Source: Oikopleura dioica (Eukaryota > Animalia > Chordata). From it: a stretch of DNA of 64,000 nt. Positions 1 to 10,902 of this stretch are shown here, piece after piece (within the stretch, counting starts at the first letter, position 1; the number at the start of each line of letters is the position of its first letter). Location: assembly GCA_907165135.1 (NCBI GenBank), contig OU015570.1:2501929-2565928 (forward strand), given 5' to 3'. A model generated the notes under the pieces. The model was not told where the DNA came from. It did not search any database and saw only the letters and a list, made by a program, of their open reading frames with translations. The position numbers and the translations under genes were made by a program.

Positions 1-135
1 AACAGAGACATGTTGTTTTTAATCAGCTGATTCTAGAATTTTTTTCTAAAAAGCGATTTTTTGGAGCGTCATTTTTTACAAAAATTAAAGATGTCAAGAA
101 GGGCAAAAATAGTACAGCAAAGCATAGAAATGGTA

Positions 136-225
136 CAGTTTTTTATGGAATTTTTGGACATCCAATTTTTGGACATTTTTGCTATTTTAAGGGGTTTTCT
201 TGGGACACTTTTCAAAAATCTTTGT
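136..225. mobile_element. Partial Tc1/mariner-type MITE (family also at 30036, 38607, 47857, 61054)
   Basis: TA|CAGTTTTTTATGGAATTTTTGGACAT terminus matches the TIR of the other copies; second TIR not found. Confidence 0.6.
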
Positions 226-346
226 TTTTCATACCCGCTTTTAATGAGTAAAAATGATGATGAGATTAGAATAACAAAAAAAATCTCTAGAATTTTACTC
301 ACAATTGTTACATTTGCAACGAGAAAAAGACGTGTTTTTGAATTAT

Positions 347-1228
347 TGTTACTTTCGTTACATTCGTAACATATTCAGTTATAAAGCAGAAGAATCTCTG
401 GGGGGTCTCTCTAGTCCACTAGTACTCTATGAGTCCTAGTGGTTGGTGCTGCACTTGCTGTCGGTTTCTTCGGGTTCTGCTGGTGTCTGCTGGATAAAAG
501 AGAGTCAAGTTGTTTATGTCGGTTTTATTCTACTGAATTATAAATTATAATTTATAATCAATGAACTAACAGCAAGGTGCACGCTTTATATAGTACAGAA
601 AAGGGAAAATAAGAACAGTCGAGAAGCTCCTTGATCGGGATAGATGAATCTTCAAGCTTCTAAGAACAGTGATGGAATATTCGAGTAGATTCTCCAAATG
701 ATGTCATCCTTCGTAATCGTGAGTCATAGTGAGTAAGGGTGTCCAGAATGTTCCAGGACCTTCATCCAATGAAGTCGATCCTTAGTCACTGATGAATCAG
801 GATGAGATCTCAAGCTTTGTGCTCACCATAGGTGGCGCAACTGAGCAACCACTAGAGGTCACTAGAGAGCTATTCCTGAGTGTCCACTAGGTGGGGCGCG
901 AGAGCTGACGCTAGATGGGGCGCGAGAGCATGCACCATGTGGCGCTGTTTCAAGTGAGCATTAGCTCAGTTATGCTCTTGTAAGGTATATGAATGGATGT
1001 ACACTTATAGCAATGATGTCACCTGACGTCACCGGAAGTGAACCGGAAGTTACCGGAAGTAACCAGAAATGATCACAGGCATTTGCTACGGGCAAGAGCA
1101 ATTCTTGCCTAGCATTTTCACTCAATTAGCGCCCTCCGGCGACCAAACACCGGGAAAGTCTCTGTTACTGAGAACAGGATACTGCTCTCTCCACTCAGAC
1201 ACTATTGTAAGGGATATTCTCCCTTACA
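347..1228 (-). mobile_element. Solo/3' LTR of a retrotransposon, with PPT at 1229-1246
   Basis: Minus strand: PPT GAGGGGGAGGAGA immediately followed by TGTAAGGG; TATATAAA (~585-595) and AATAAA (~524-529) in the correct order; probable GTAACA end at 347. The left boundary is less certain. Confidence 0.65.
1014..1070. promoter_or_regulatory. CRE plus tandem ETS site cluster in the LTR U3
   Basis: TGACGTCA at 1024-1031 followed by CCGGAAGT at 1032, 1043 and 1053 and a degenerate fourth copy at 1063. Confidence 0.6.
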
Positions 1229-2079
1229 TCTCCTCCCCCTCATCGGAAAAAGAAAAAATTCTTATCGTTGACCTTTACTTTTACGTTCAGATTTTTCTGT
1301 ACTTTCGATCTCTCACTTGAACTTTGACTAGCCGCTTTTATGTCGGGTTTTTCAGTTAGATTGCATTTTCTTGTCGTAAGTTTTTACAATTTTAATTTGT
1401 AGCAGATCATGACTCTGACATATCATGTCGTTCTCAATTGCTCTATTTCAAAATCATTGACTTTGGGACTCAACAAATCGATTCCACTTAGGTTCCAAAA
1501 TCTTAGACTCGCCTTAATACGGTATGAATCATCACGGTATGATAATCTCTTAGCGTAGTGGTATCGCTCTGGGACTAGTAGCAGACGGCGCGAGGTCGAA
1601 GCCTGCTCATCTTCTTTTTTATCCAATCAGGCTGAACCGATTGTGAAATTTTAACAAAACTTTAAATTTTGATCATTATTTCAGCATTCACCCCCTAGGT
1701 ACCGTATACAGTCACTTAAAAGCGCTTGATATGCTCTTTTATTTGCTAGAAAATTACGAGGTAACCTTTTGGCACTTTTTTTCTACAGGCAAAAGTATGT
1801 TTTGTCTGCCCTTGTCACGTGATTTTTGGGGTGAAAATGTGCTTTTTGGGTTTTCTTGTAATGAAATTAAATGATCCTTAGATGAAAACCAATCTTTTTG
1901 TATGGTTACAATATAGATACATCTACTTTCAAATTTGCCGATTTTCCCACTGTGCACCCCCTACGTATACTGTATATTTCAGAATTTCTGCTTTTGACAA
2001 GCTTTAAATTCTACTTGCATTGTTAGTATTACGAATAAATTTTAATAATTAAATTGATTAATTATTTGGTATGGTTTTG

Positions 2080-2133
2080 TTTATTTCAGTAAAGCTTTCG
2101 GATGCTGAGATCCATCTTTAGTAATAGAATAAA
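2080..2133 (-). ncRNA. Minimal type I hammerhead ribozyme motif in the 3' pseudo-LTR (core G5>A)
   Basis: UUUAUUCUAUUA-CUAAAGA-UGGAUcucagcAUCC-GAAA-GCUU-UACUGAAAUAAA; stems I and II pair. Confidence 0.6.
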
Positions 2134-2377
2134 GTGTAAAGAATACGAAAAGAAGTACAAATTTACCTTTGAGGGCTAGACTTTGAGAAAGAGTAGCGAA
2201 CAGAAGTTCAAATGAAAGATTTCAAGGGAAATGAATTTGGTCTAGAGAATTTTTGAAAAAGTAAATGTTGAACTAGAGATTTTTTGAAAATGATTAATAT
2301 ATTCGGGCTTCGGATCATTTTCAAAAAGTGCCCGACTATATTATTGTTATTGATTGGTGTTGACGTTGTCTGTTTAA

Positions 2378-2848
2378 CCCGTTAACAGGCGCGAGGCCCT
2401 CTCACGGCCTTTTCGCCTTTGAGCGCGATAAAAAGGCGTAGACTCAATTTTTTTATGAAAAATTTTTATATTTTTGAAAATTTCAATCGATTCTCTATCT
2501 GTGTGTTTGATTCCGGAAAAGAATCGGCCTGAAATTCGGACAATGGGAGGCGAAAGAAAAACTTCAATCCTCGAAAAAAAGGGAAAGCGTAATACAATTC
2601 GCTCCCTTTTCCCTTTTCTGAGTTTCAACGCCAAAAGTGACGTAACTTTGACCTCCGTTTTCAACCACTGAACGAATCAGAAAAACTTAAAAACAACATT
2701 TAGAAGAAAGAGCAGACGCTTGTGAATCATCTCGTCTTCTTAGAAATGAATTTCCTCAGCCGTGTTTCTCGGAAAACGCCAAAATGTGCGAGGCCGTCTC
2801 AGGGCCTCGCGGCCGTTAACGCCTAATATTGACTGCCCAGTTAACGGG
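2378..2848. mobile_element. piggyBac-type MITE
   Basis: TTAA|CCCGTTAAC ... GTTAACGGG|TTAA; inserted in the last codons of the PLE ORF; homologous copies at 10903 and 56362. Confidence 0.9.
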
Positions 2849-3703
2849 TTAAGGATGGTTGGCAGAAATGGATATGATTCAATAAAAGTTCGTTTGAAAT
2901 AATCGAAGACATTGCCTTTAAGAACAGTGAAATGAGATCGTAGGTACTGGAAACGTTGAGAAGGAGTTGGTATTGAACCAAAATTAGAAAGAAGATTATT
3001 TTTGTAATTATTGCAATTAAAAATATGGACTCCGAATTCCGATTTTCGACTTTTTTGTCCATGTTCTGAAATACGAGTGTTCAATTGCCGCTTGGTGTGG
3101 CCGATATAGTTTTGAGAGCAATCGCATACGAAAGAGTATATGCACGCCTTTCGGTTTTCCTGGTCATTTTTAGGTTTAGTAAGGGGAGTTAATATTGAAC
3201 TCAATCTGATGCATCGCCAACTAATTGTTAATTTGAATCGCGGGAGATGAGTTTGGAAGATTTTAAGTATGTTTTTGTGTATTGTATTACATCTCTCAGA
3301 AGTAAAATCTAGCGATAAAAATAAGGAGGAATCAAAATCATTATCTTTTGTTTTATTGGAGTTGTTTTTAAATTTATCAATTTCATTTTTTTTAAATTGT
3401 TTTGGGAAATTATTTTTGATTAATTTTGATTTCAGTTTAGAAAGACCTTTGTTTTCATCATGTTGATTTGTGCATGCGTTTCTAATTCTATTGCATAATC
3501 CTTAAATTGTGTTATGTTTATGAGCTGTAGGGGCTATGGAAGTTTTGTAATTCATTGTAACGGAACTTTTAGACTTTTTCTCGAAATGTTCCATTTCTAA
3601 TTGGTTAGTTTTACTTGAAAATATAATTGTAGTGTCCAGAAAATTAATAGATTTATTTGTTGAATGTTCAATTTTATATTTCAAATTTTTGTCGGCTGAT
3701 TTA

Positions 3704-4506
3704 CTTGCGCTCTTTTTGGCCTAGACGGGGGCTTGGTGTCCAATGCTCCTCACATTCCTGTTCATTTGGGAGCGATGCAACAAGCAGTTCAATTTCAACT
3801 TTCTGTTCAAAAATCTCTCGTCCCCGGAGACGTCATTCTTTCAAACCACTCCGAAGCAGGAGGAAGTCATTTGCCAGATTTAACGGTCATTACTCCAGTT
3901 TTTATCGATTCAGATAACAAGCCAAGCTTTTTCATTGCCAACAGAGGTCACCATGCTGATATTGGTGGGCTTACTCCAGGTTCTATGCCGCCAATGTCGA
4001 CGAGTATTAATGAAGAAGGCGCGATTTTTAGGTACTCGGAAAGTAACTTGGTCAAGATTTTTTTCCTAAGAAAATTTATGGTTCAAACTAAGAACCATAA
4101 ATCTCGAAAAAAAATTATCGTTATGAAATTTTTGGATTTATGGCTATGAGCAACAATTGTTGCATTTGCTGATCTTACTTTTAAGGTCCTTCAAAATCGT
4201 CTCAGCTGGCGACTTCCAAGAGTCTGCCCTGATCGCCCACCTCAACGAGCCCGCAAAACACCCAGGCTGCACCGGAACACAAAATCTATCCGACAACCTG
4301 GCCGACCTTCACGCTCAAATTGCCGCCAATGTCCGTGGCAGTCAACTTGTAAAGGAACTCATCGAAGAATACTCTTTCCCGAGAGTGTTGAAGTACATGA
4401 ATTAGATTCAAGCAGCTGCAGAAGATTCTGTAAGAGATTTGCTGAAGAAAAGTGCTGAGAGGATAGGAGCGAGGGTTTTTGAAGCTGAGGATTTGATGGA
4501 TGATGA
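3704..4506 (+). pseudogene. OPLAH: 5-oxoprolinase (hydantoinase B half) gene fragment, 2 exons, intron 4032-4185, in-frame TAG at 4403
   Basis: [57 protein letters not shown]; after the GT-AG intron the frame continues R-SFKIV..NLSDNLADLHAQIAAN..AEDLMDD. Confidence 0.92.
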
Positions 4507-4538
4507 AAATTGAAAGAGAAATGGACAGAAAACCTTGA

Positions 4539-4578
4539 GCGGGTGCACTGAATGCACCCGCGTCACGCATAGGGTTAA
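4539..4578. mobile_element. Single piggyBac-like end (..CGCATAGGG|TTAA) with an adjacent 9-bp-stem hairpin
   Basis: GCGGGTGCA-ctgaa-TGCACCCGC, then GGG-TTAA exactly at the junction with the PLE RT. Confidence 0.55.
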
Positions 4579-7309
4579 AGACGCGAAAAGTTTCAGTTTA
4601 CTTGACTTTGTGCCAATAATTATTGAATCGTCGACGAGTCTGTTATAGAATAATATCATTATTTCTCAATAATTTAGTAATAATAGGGTTTTCAACTTTC
4701 GCTGCATAAATATTCGCTATGAGTCCACTTATTTGCCCTCCCATGCTTATACCTTGTATTTGTTGAAAGTCTCCCACAAGGGTCTTAAAACTTGTAAAAT
4801 CTGTAAGGGTTGCTTTCAAAATAGATTGAAAAAATGATCTTGGTGGTATGTTTGAATCAGGGTTAGAATTAGGGTTATCATAATTATCATCTTTTTTATG
4901 AAAAAACTTATTAGGAAATGCATAAATTTTATCACAAATAAAATTAATTGCTTCGAAAACATTGATATTGTCGTACATTTTGACGATATCTAGGCTGTAA
5001 ATACAGTGAATTTTTGGGTTCAATTTATTTCTTATATTAGTCAAATTAGTTTTAAGTTGTTTAATGTCTCGAATTTGAAATTTACAGAAGCCTTCTAACT
5101 TTTTAAGAATTGGTAAAAGATAGAATTGTTCTATATTTGATGAAATAGCATTTCTTCCGCTAACAATTAATCGAAGGGGTTTATTTTCTTTCAATTTTTT
5201 GCTTATGCGAAAGCCGATTCTGCTATTGAAATTTGGTTTTATTTGTTTTTCTAATTTATCACTTATGTATGGTTTCAGCATTTTAATAATATTATTTATT
5301 CGAAAATAATTAAGTTCTGTGTGATCATGTGTAATTTGTTTATAATTATTTGTTGTGAGAATGTCCAAAAATTTATTATTGTAATACTCTAATGAGCAAA
5401 ATCGCAAATTTTCAAATTTATCTACATTTATGAATTAGTAATCGGGGTGTTTCGCAAGAAAATCCTTTAGGACTTAAGCGTCATTAGATGAAGAATAACT
5501 TTTTCGTAAAAAATGAAATTGAGTTTTAAGCTTTGTTTTAATTTCATCTATTTCTAGCGCGTCCAATTTTAAATCTTTGCAATACTTTAACACTGTACGT
5601 GTTTCTCACAGTACATAAGTTGGATAACTAATTGCGTTTATCGTATTCGCGAGCGGGAATACAAATAGTGAGCGACGAACGTTGTGTTAAAAAGAGCAAG
5701 TTTTATTGTGGTGTCTCTGAGTAAAAAGTAGTGTTGTGTGTGATGTGTGTGAACTGTGTCAGTGAGAAATAAGATCGTTTATATATGGTTTTCATAAACC
5801 GTGGTGAGCTGTTAGATCGTGGTGAGTGACTTTTTCGTGAGTCGTGAGTTGATCCTTGTTCGTGGTGAACTGTGCTTTCGCGGTTTGCGGCGGAGCGTTT
5901 GCGCGTGGTAAAAGGCGCGTCGCGAGTCGTGAATAGAGCTTCGCGGGTCGTAAACTGCGCGCGGCGCGGCGCGGTGAACTCAAGTGGCGGATGACTAATG
6001 AGAAACACTACATAATTCCTCCTCCATTTATTTTTAGATCGTTTGTCTTTCTGGTAGAGGAATGTCCTGTGTTTGATAGCCAATAATTTCATCGAGTGAA
6101 TTTTGTCCATAAGCAGTGATTGTTTGGAAAGAATCGTTTTCCATTAGGTTGTCAGCATCAACGGGCGGCTATCGAGCAAGATCAACCGGAACGTAGTTGA
6201 TTGTTGAGTTTTCTTTCGATGAACTGTATTTCTGAACGAGCGGAGGTGTTTGTTGGTGAGTCTCTTAACCCAAGGTGTTTCAGGTTTTCGTGTATTATGA
6301 AGGTGACCTAAGATTTCAGAATTCGTAGATCGGTTATTTCGATATTTTCAAGTCTTTTCCAAGCAGACCTTTGTTTCGCCCATTTCCTTGCATATTCGGA
6401 GACAATACAATTTCTTGTTTCAGGATTTCCTTCTTGAGCGGTGAGTAGGAGGCTTTTGCAGGAAAAGATGAGGAGACACTTCAGATTACTGTCGATCGTG
6501 CTGAGATTGAGCGATTTTTGAGTCAAGATTTGGAACCAATTTGTCTTTTTCTTGATAGATACTTCAATTTCTTCGAGAAGCTCTCTGATTACTAGAGTTT
6601 TCTCACAATTGATTTCTTCCACAATCGGTATTTTTATTCCCATGACAAAATTCAGCGCGAATTGTTGGTATCTTCGTTTTATGCAGCATCTCTGAAGGTG
6701 GAAAATATCTGTTTCAAGATTTGTCGGCATTCTTCAGCGTGTACGTCTTCTTCAAGGATCTAAGCACTTTTCATCTCAATAATTTCCGGACTTTCTCTTC
6801 TTGCAATTTGAAACACGGGATGATTATAAGAACTGTGACTCCCGTGGTTGATCTGAAAGCTTCGTATCTTCTTAGTTAGATCGTTTTCGGCTTTGGCTTG
6901 TTTCAGTCGGGGCACTTACATTTCGACGATGGGGAGATAGGGATGTGACGACGGGTCCCCTTTTGTCCTGGCGCGGGAAATTTACGAGCGTTGCAGCGCG
7001 TCGAGCTGTTTTTCCTGTTTGAACAGCAATTTTCATTGATTTGGATTCTCGATTGCGGAGCAGCGTGAAGTTTTCGAAAACCAAGTGAGCAATTGAGCAT
7101 TTGTGAGCAAACGAGCAGTTTTCTCTTTCCTCTTCTTCTTTCCCCCCTTTTAGAATAAGGACATTCGCATCGTTCCATTTGAGCTGGGAGAATGCGTAGA
7201 GAGCATTTTTCGAATACGGTGATTTGGCAACTGCACACATTGCCAACATCTGCGGAATAACGGCGCAAGGTTAAAAGTAGCGGTGCAAGTAGAGGGCGCC
7301 AGTAACTTG

Positions 7310-7630
7310 AACATAATGAGCTTCAAAATCGTCGGTGAGCAGCTTCAAAAGAATAAACTTCGCTGATTGAGAGGACAATTCAATAAGCATCAAAATCGTC
7401 TATGAGCAACTTGATAAGAATCAGCTTATTTGATTAAGAGGACGACTTCATGAGCGTAAAAATCGTTTGTGAGCTTGATTGTTGCTTGATTGTTAGAGAA
7501 GACGATCCCATGAACGTCATAATCGTCTTTGATTATGAATTGAGCAGACGGTCCCATGAGCGAGCAGAAACGTCTTTGAACAACTTGATCTCGATCGTTT
7601 GAGCAGATGAATCTTCGAGCGAGCAGAATC
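7310..7630. repeat. Degenerate ~60-68 bp tandem repeat, 4-5 units
   Basis: Recurring CATGAGC..AAAATCGTC..TGAGC..CTTGA..GAGGAC unit; the minus strand gives DDYDVHGIVF / NDFYAHEVVL / DDFDAY.IVL / DDFEAHYVQV. Confidence 0.6.
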
Positions 7631-8791
7631 ATCCTTGAGTAACTTGATTATGAATTATCTGAATGTGACAAAGCAACTGCACGCATTGCTTCACATCTTT
7701 AGAGGAGTGGGCCAAGGTTCAGATAAGCGGTGTCCATCGTGTGCGCAATTGATAAACACATTAGCTGGGTCATGAGAACACAAGTCCAAAGAGGCCTGTA
7801 TGAAACTTCTTCACAGCAAATGAGCGGAACTGGATTCCCTTTGATCATCAGCGGGGATTACTTCGAGCTCTGAAGTGAGCCATTCCAGTGTGCATAAACA
7901 TTGCCGAAGTTTTTGATCCAATAAACGAGCTTCAGGTATACCTTAAGAACAGGACTTCGAAAAACAGATGTCGAGCGAACTTCGTAACCAAGTGTGAATA
8001 GGAGCAGGAGCAAGAGCTTAATGGTTTGATTTACATCGTCGTGAGCGTAGGCGATGTTTCTATTTCGGAGCTTGAACTTGAAGTGCATCATCTCTATCAA
8101 CAGGCTCATGTTGATCTTTATGAGGGCTTCTGATACTTTGATCTTCTTTTCGTATCATTATGAGCAGGAGCTGGAGCAAGATCTTGATTGAGCTGATCTT
8201 CTTCCGCTTTTTGATCCTCATTTTCATTGAGAACAAATTTTGTTTATTTTCAGCCGTTTTAGTTAGAGCGGTCGGGTCAGGCTGGTATGCCACAGGTGTA
8301 AGCGGGCATTTGACAAGGTAACTTTCCAGAGAACAGATCTGGTTTCCAGCAGATAACAGATGTGTAGATCTCGAGCGTAGGGCAATTTTTCTTGTCTCTT
8401 TTTAGGAGCTTCTGATATTGTTGGTTTTGGAAGTTGAGCAGAGCAGGATGAAGTGTCATCATGTATCGATTAGCTCTTTTGATGAACGGTTCCGAGGTGT
8501 CGACGGCAGCTTCTTTGAGCGGAAACGGAACATGAAATTGTCGTCCAAATACACATTGATTGCTTGGCAGTCCATCAAGGCTTCCATGAGCGATTCATTG
8601 CGAGTTGAGCTTTGAGCTTTTTGATAAATTTGACGGTAGATATTTTTCGCATTTTACATTTCATCTCGAGTAGTTAACAGTTGTTGCGATGTGTCGAATT
8701 TGGAAAATTGTCGGTCTTCGATGATCGATGGTCGAAGAATATTGAGCGGTTTGAGTCGAATACGAGTTCGAGATGAAATTGAGGGAATTGT

Positions 8792-9481
8792 TCAATCTTC
8801 GTTTTTGATCAATTGCTTTATGTGACTTGGAACATAGTCTGAGTGGATAAATTTGCATTTCGAGCCGTATTTGCATGATCTCCGTTTCACGAAGCTGATA
8901 CAGAATCCATCGATCTTAGATGTGTCGATTCTGGTTTGTTTTCGATTTCTTTTATTTGGCTTCGAATGATCCTCAGTATGAACTTTTTTGACTTTGATCT
9001 TCTGGTTCCGGGGTCGGTCCTTGGTGTTTCCGTTCTTCTTCAGATGTGATCGTTGTTTTTGTCGAACGTAATCATTAATTTCGCACCAGTTCGGAGAATA
9101 TGAGCCCAAGAGGGATTCTTCTAAGTTTTCACGTTATTTTTGATCTTCCAATTTCATTAAGGCCATGAGCTCTGCAAGTGTCGTTGCTCTAGCAGAGGCG
9201 AGGATCTTGGTAACATCGAGACGGTGATTCTTATAAGCGAATTTTTGATCCATACCAATAGCGTCATCATTCGGTAAGTAATTGATTATTTCACCATTAT
9301 CGTGGAACACGATCTTGCGATTTTTGGCGTAAACCCCCTCATCCGATTTATGGATGTTCAGAACAATTGATTGCTTATCTGTAATTGGATGCTCTGGCGG
9401 AAACGATTGATTCAAATTTTCAAAGATCGTGAGCAGTTCTTGTCGGTTCAGATCAGCGGCAAGTTTGAAATATCGAGTCAT
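8792..9481 (-). pseudogene. gag: Gag-like ORF of element D with CCCH zinc finger (one in-frame TAA)
   Basis: ORFs 9134-9481 and 8792-9109 share a frame; the N-terminus aligns by eye with element A Gag (52856-53465); contains C-x7-C-x5-C-x3-H (CISFVKRRSCKYGSKCKFIH). Confidence 0.6.
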
Positions 9482-10590
9482 GTTTCTTTACAGCAGCTCT
9501 CTTCGATCGTTAATCTCTACATGGGCGAAGCGTTTTCTTCAGTCACCAAAATATGTACGTGTTTCTCACAGTACATAAGTTGGATAACTAATTGCGTTTA
9601 TCGTATTCGCGAGCGGGAATACAAATAGTGAGCGACGAACGTTGTGTTAAAAAGAGCAAGTTTTATTGCGGTGTCTCTGAGTAAAAAGTAGTGTTGTGTG
9701 TGATGTGTGTGAACTGTGTCAGTGAGAAATAAGATCGTTTATATATGGTTTTCATAAACCGTGGTGAGCTGTTAGATCGTGGTGAGTGACTTTTTCGTGA
9801 GTCGTGAGTTGATCCTTGTTCGTGGTGAACTGTGCTTTCGCGGTTTGCGGCGGAGCGTTTGCGCGTGGTAAAAGGCGCGTCGCGAGTCGTGAATAGAGCT
9901 TCGCGGGTCGTAAACTGCGCGCGGCGCGGCGCGGTGAACTCAAGTGGCGGATGACTAATGAGAAACACTACAACACATTGACAATGTGACATTGTTAAAA
10001 AGATACTCAAAACTCTCCGTAATTCTAACTGTTGTGGGTGAGCCACCGATTGAACGTTTACTTGAAAATTTAAGAATCTGGATAACCGAATTGGGTATTT
10101 CAATATTTGTGTCATTGAAAATATGAATGGATGCTTGATTAGATGATGGTGATAATAATTGTTCGAATTTTCGATTAAGAATTTTAGTATGAGATGATTC
10201 ATGCTCATTAGCAAGTTTAAAATGGTATTCGATGGATGAGTCGGTAAATGGATCGGAGGAATTATGAAAATGTTTTAACTTAATATGATGAAGTTGAGAA
10301 TTGAGATGAGAAATTTTAGCTTGGTTTTTAAAAATAGCATTTTTAGTGATCTTCGTTCGTTTTTGGTGGATAACATGCGGCGACCAGTTTACCTTCGATA
10401 GGAATTGGCAAGAAAAAGCGGTGAATTTAGGGTTGAGTCCAGCAGTTAAACATCTCTCGAGGAATTAATTGTTACTTCTTGTTCGTACGATTTTACGGGT
10501 ACATTCGTATATTTCGTAGATACGGTGATGTCTGGTTTCCATTAAGATAATCTCTTGTTGTTTGACATCGATGAATTTGGTATGGTTTTG

Positions 10591-10644
10591 TTTATTTCAG
10601 TAAAGCTAACGGATGCTGAGATCCATCTTCAGTACTAGAATAAA
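10591..10644 (-). ncRNA. Minimal type I hammerhead ribozyme motif in the 5' pseudo-LTR (GAAA>GUUA)
   Basis: UUUAUUCUAGUA-CUGAAGA-UGGAUcucagcAUCC-GUUA-GCUU-UACUGAAAUAAA; stem I pairs at 11 of 12 positions. Confidence 0.6.
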
Positions 10645-10902
10645 GTGTAAAGAATACGAAAAGAAGTAAAAATTAACGTTTGAGGGCTAGACTTTGAGAG
10701 AGAGTAGCGCACTGAAGTTCAAATGAAAGATTTCAAGGGAAATGAATTTGGTCTAGAGAATTTTTGAAAAAGTAAATGTTGAACAAGAGATTTTTTGAAA
10801 ATGATCCGAAGCCCGATTATATTAATAAAGGTTAATTTTTAAAGTGAAACCACACCTTAAGGCCACTTTTTGGATGACAGCGAATTTAAAAGGTGGCCTT
10901 AA

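Larger units (their letters stand above)
5594..9972 (-). mobile_element. Non-autonomous LTR element D (4379 bp, no recognisable pol)
   Basis: 419-bp LTRs at 5594-6012 and 9554-9972 (TG..CA, one mismatch seen); ACAC target duplication; PBS TGGTGACTGA at 9548-9539; PPT GGAGGAGGAA next to the 3' LTR; TATA and AATAAA inside the LTR. Confidence 0.93.
2040..10830 (-). mobile_element. Penelope-like retroelement PLE-1 (RT + GIY-YIG) with direct pseudo-LTRs, fragmented by three insertions
   Basis: The ORF can be rejoined from 10570-9973 (FLERC..LNPKF), 5593-4575 (GISMGGQISG, RLVDD), 3703-2849 (INFLD; CIYSFVCDCSQNYIGHTKRQLNTRISEH) and 2377-2340. A ~230 bp repeat sits at 2066-2294 and 10577-10804. Confidence 0.88.

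Noticed and set aside
785-815. CTGATGA..GAGA hammerhead-like string in the solo LTR
   Set aside because: No GAAA, only a 3-bp stem II and no stem I or III.
5703-10214. ORFs 5703-6110, 5792-5983, 9663-10214 and 9752-9943
   Set aside because: Chance frames across the GC-rich LTR of element D, partly fused to shifted PLE sequence.
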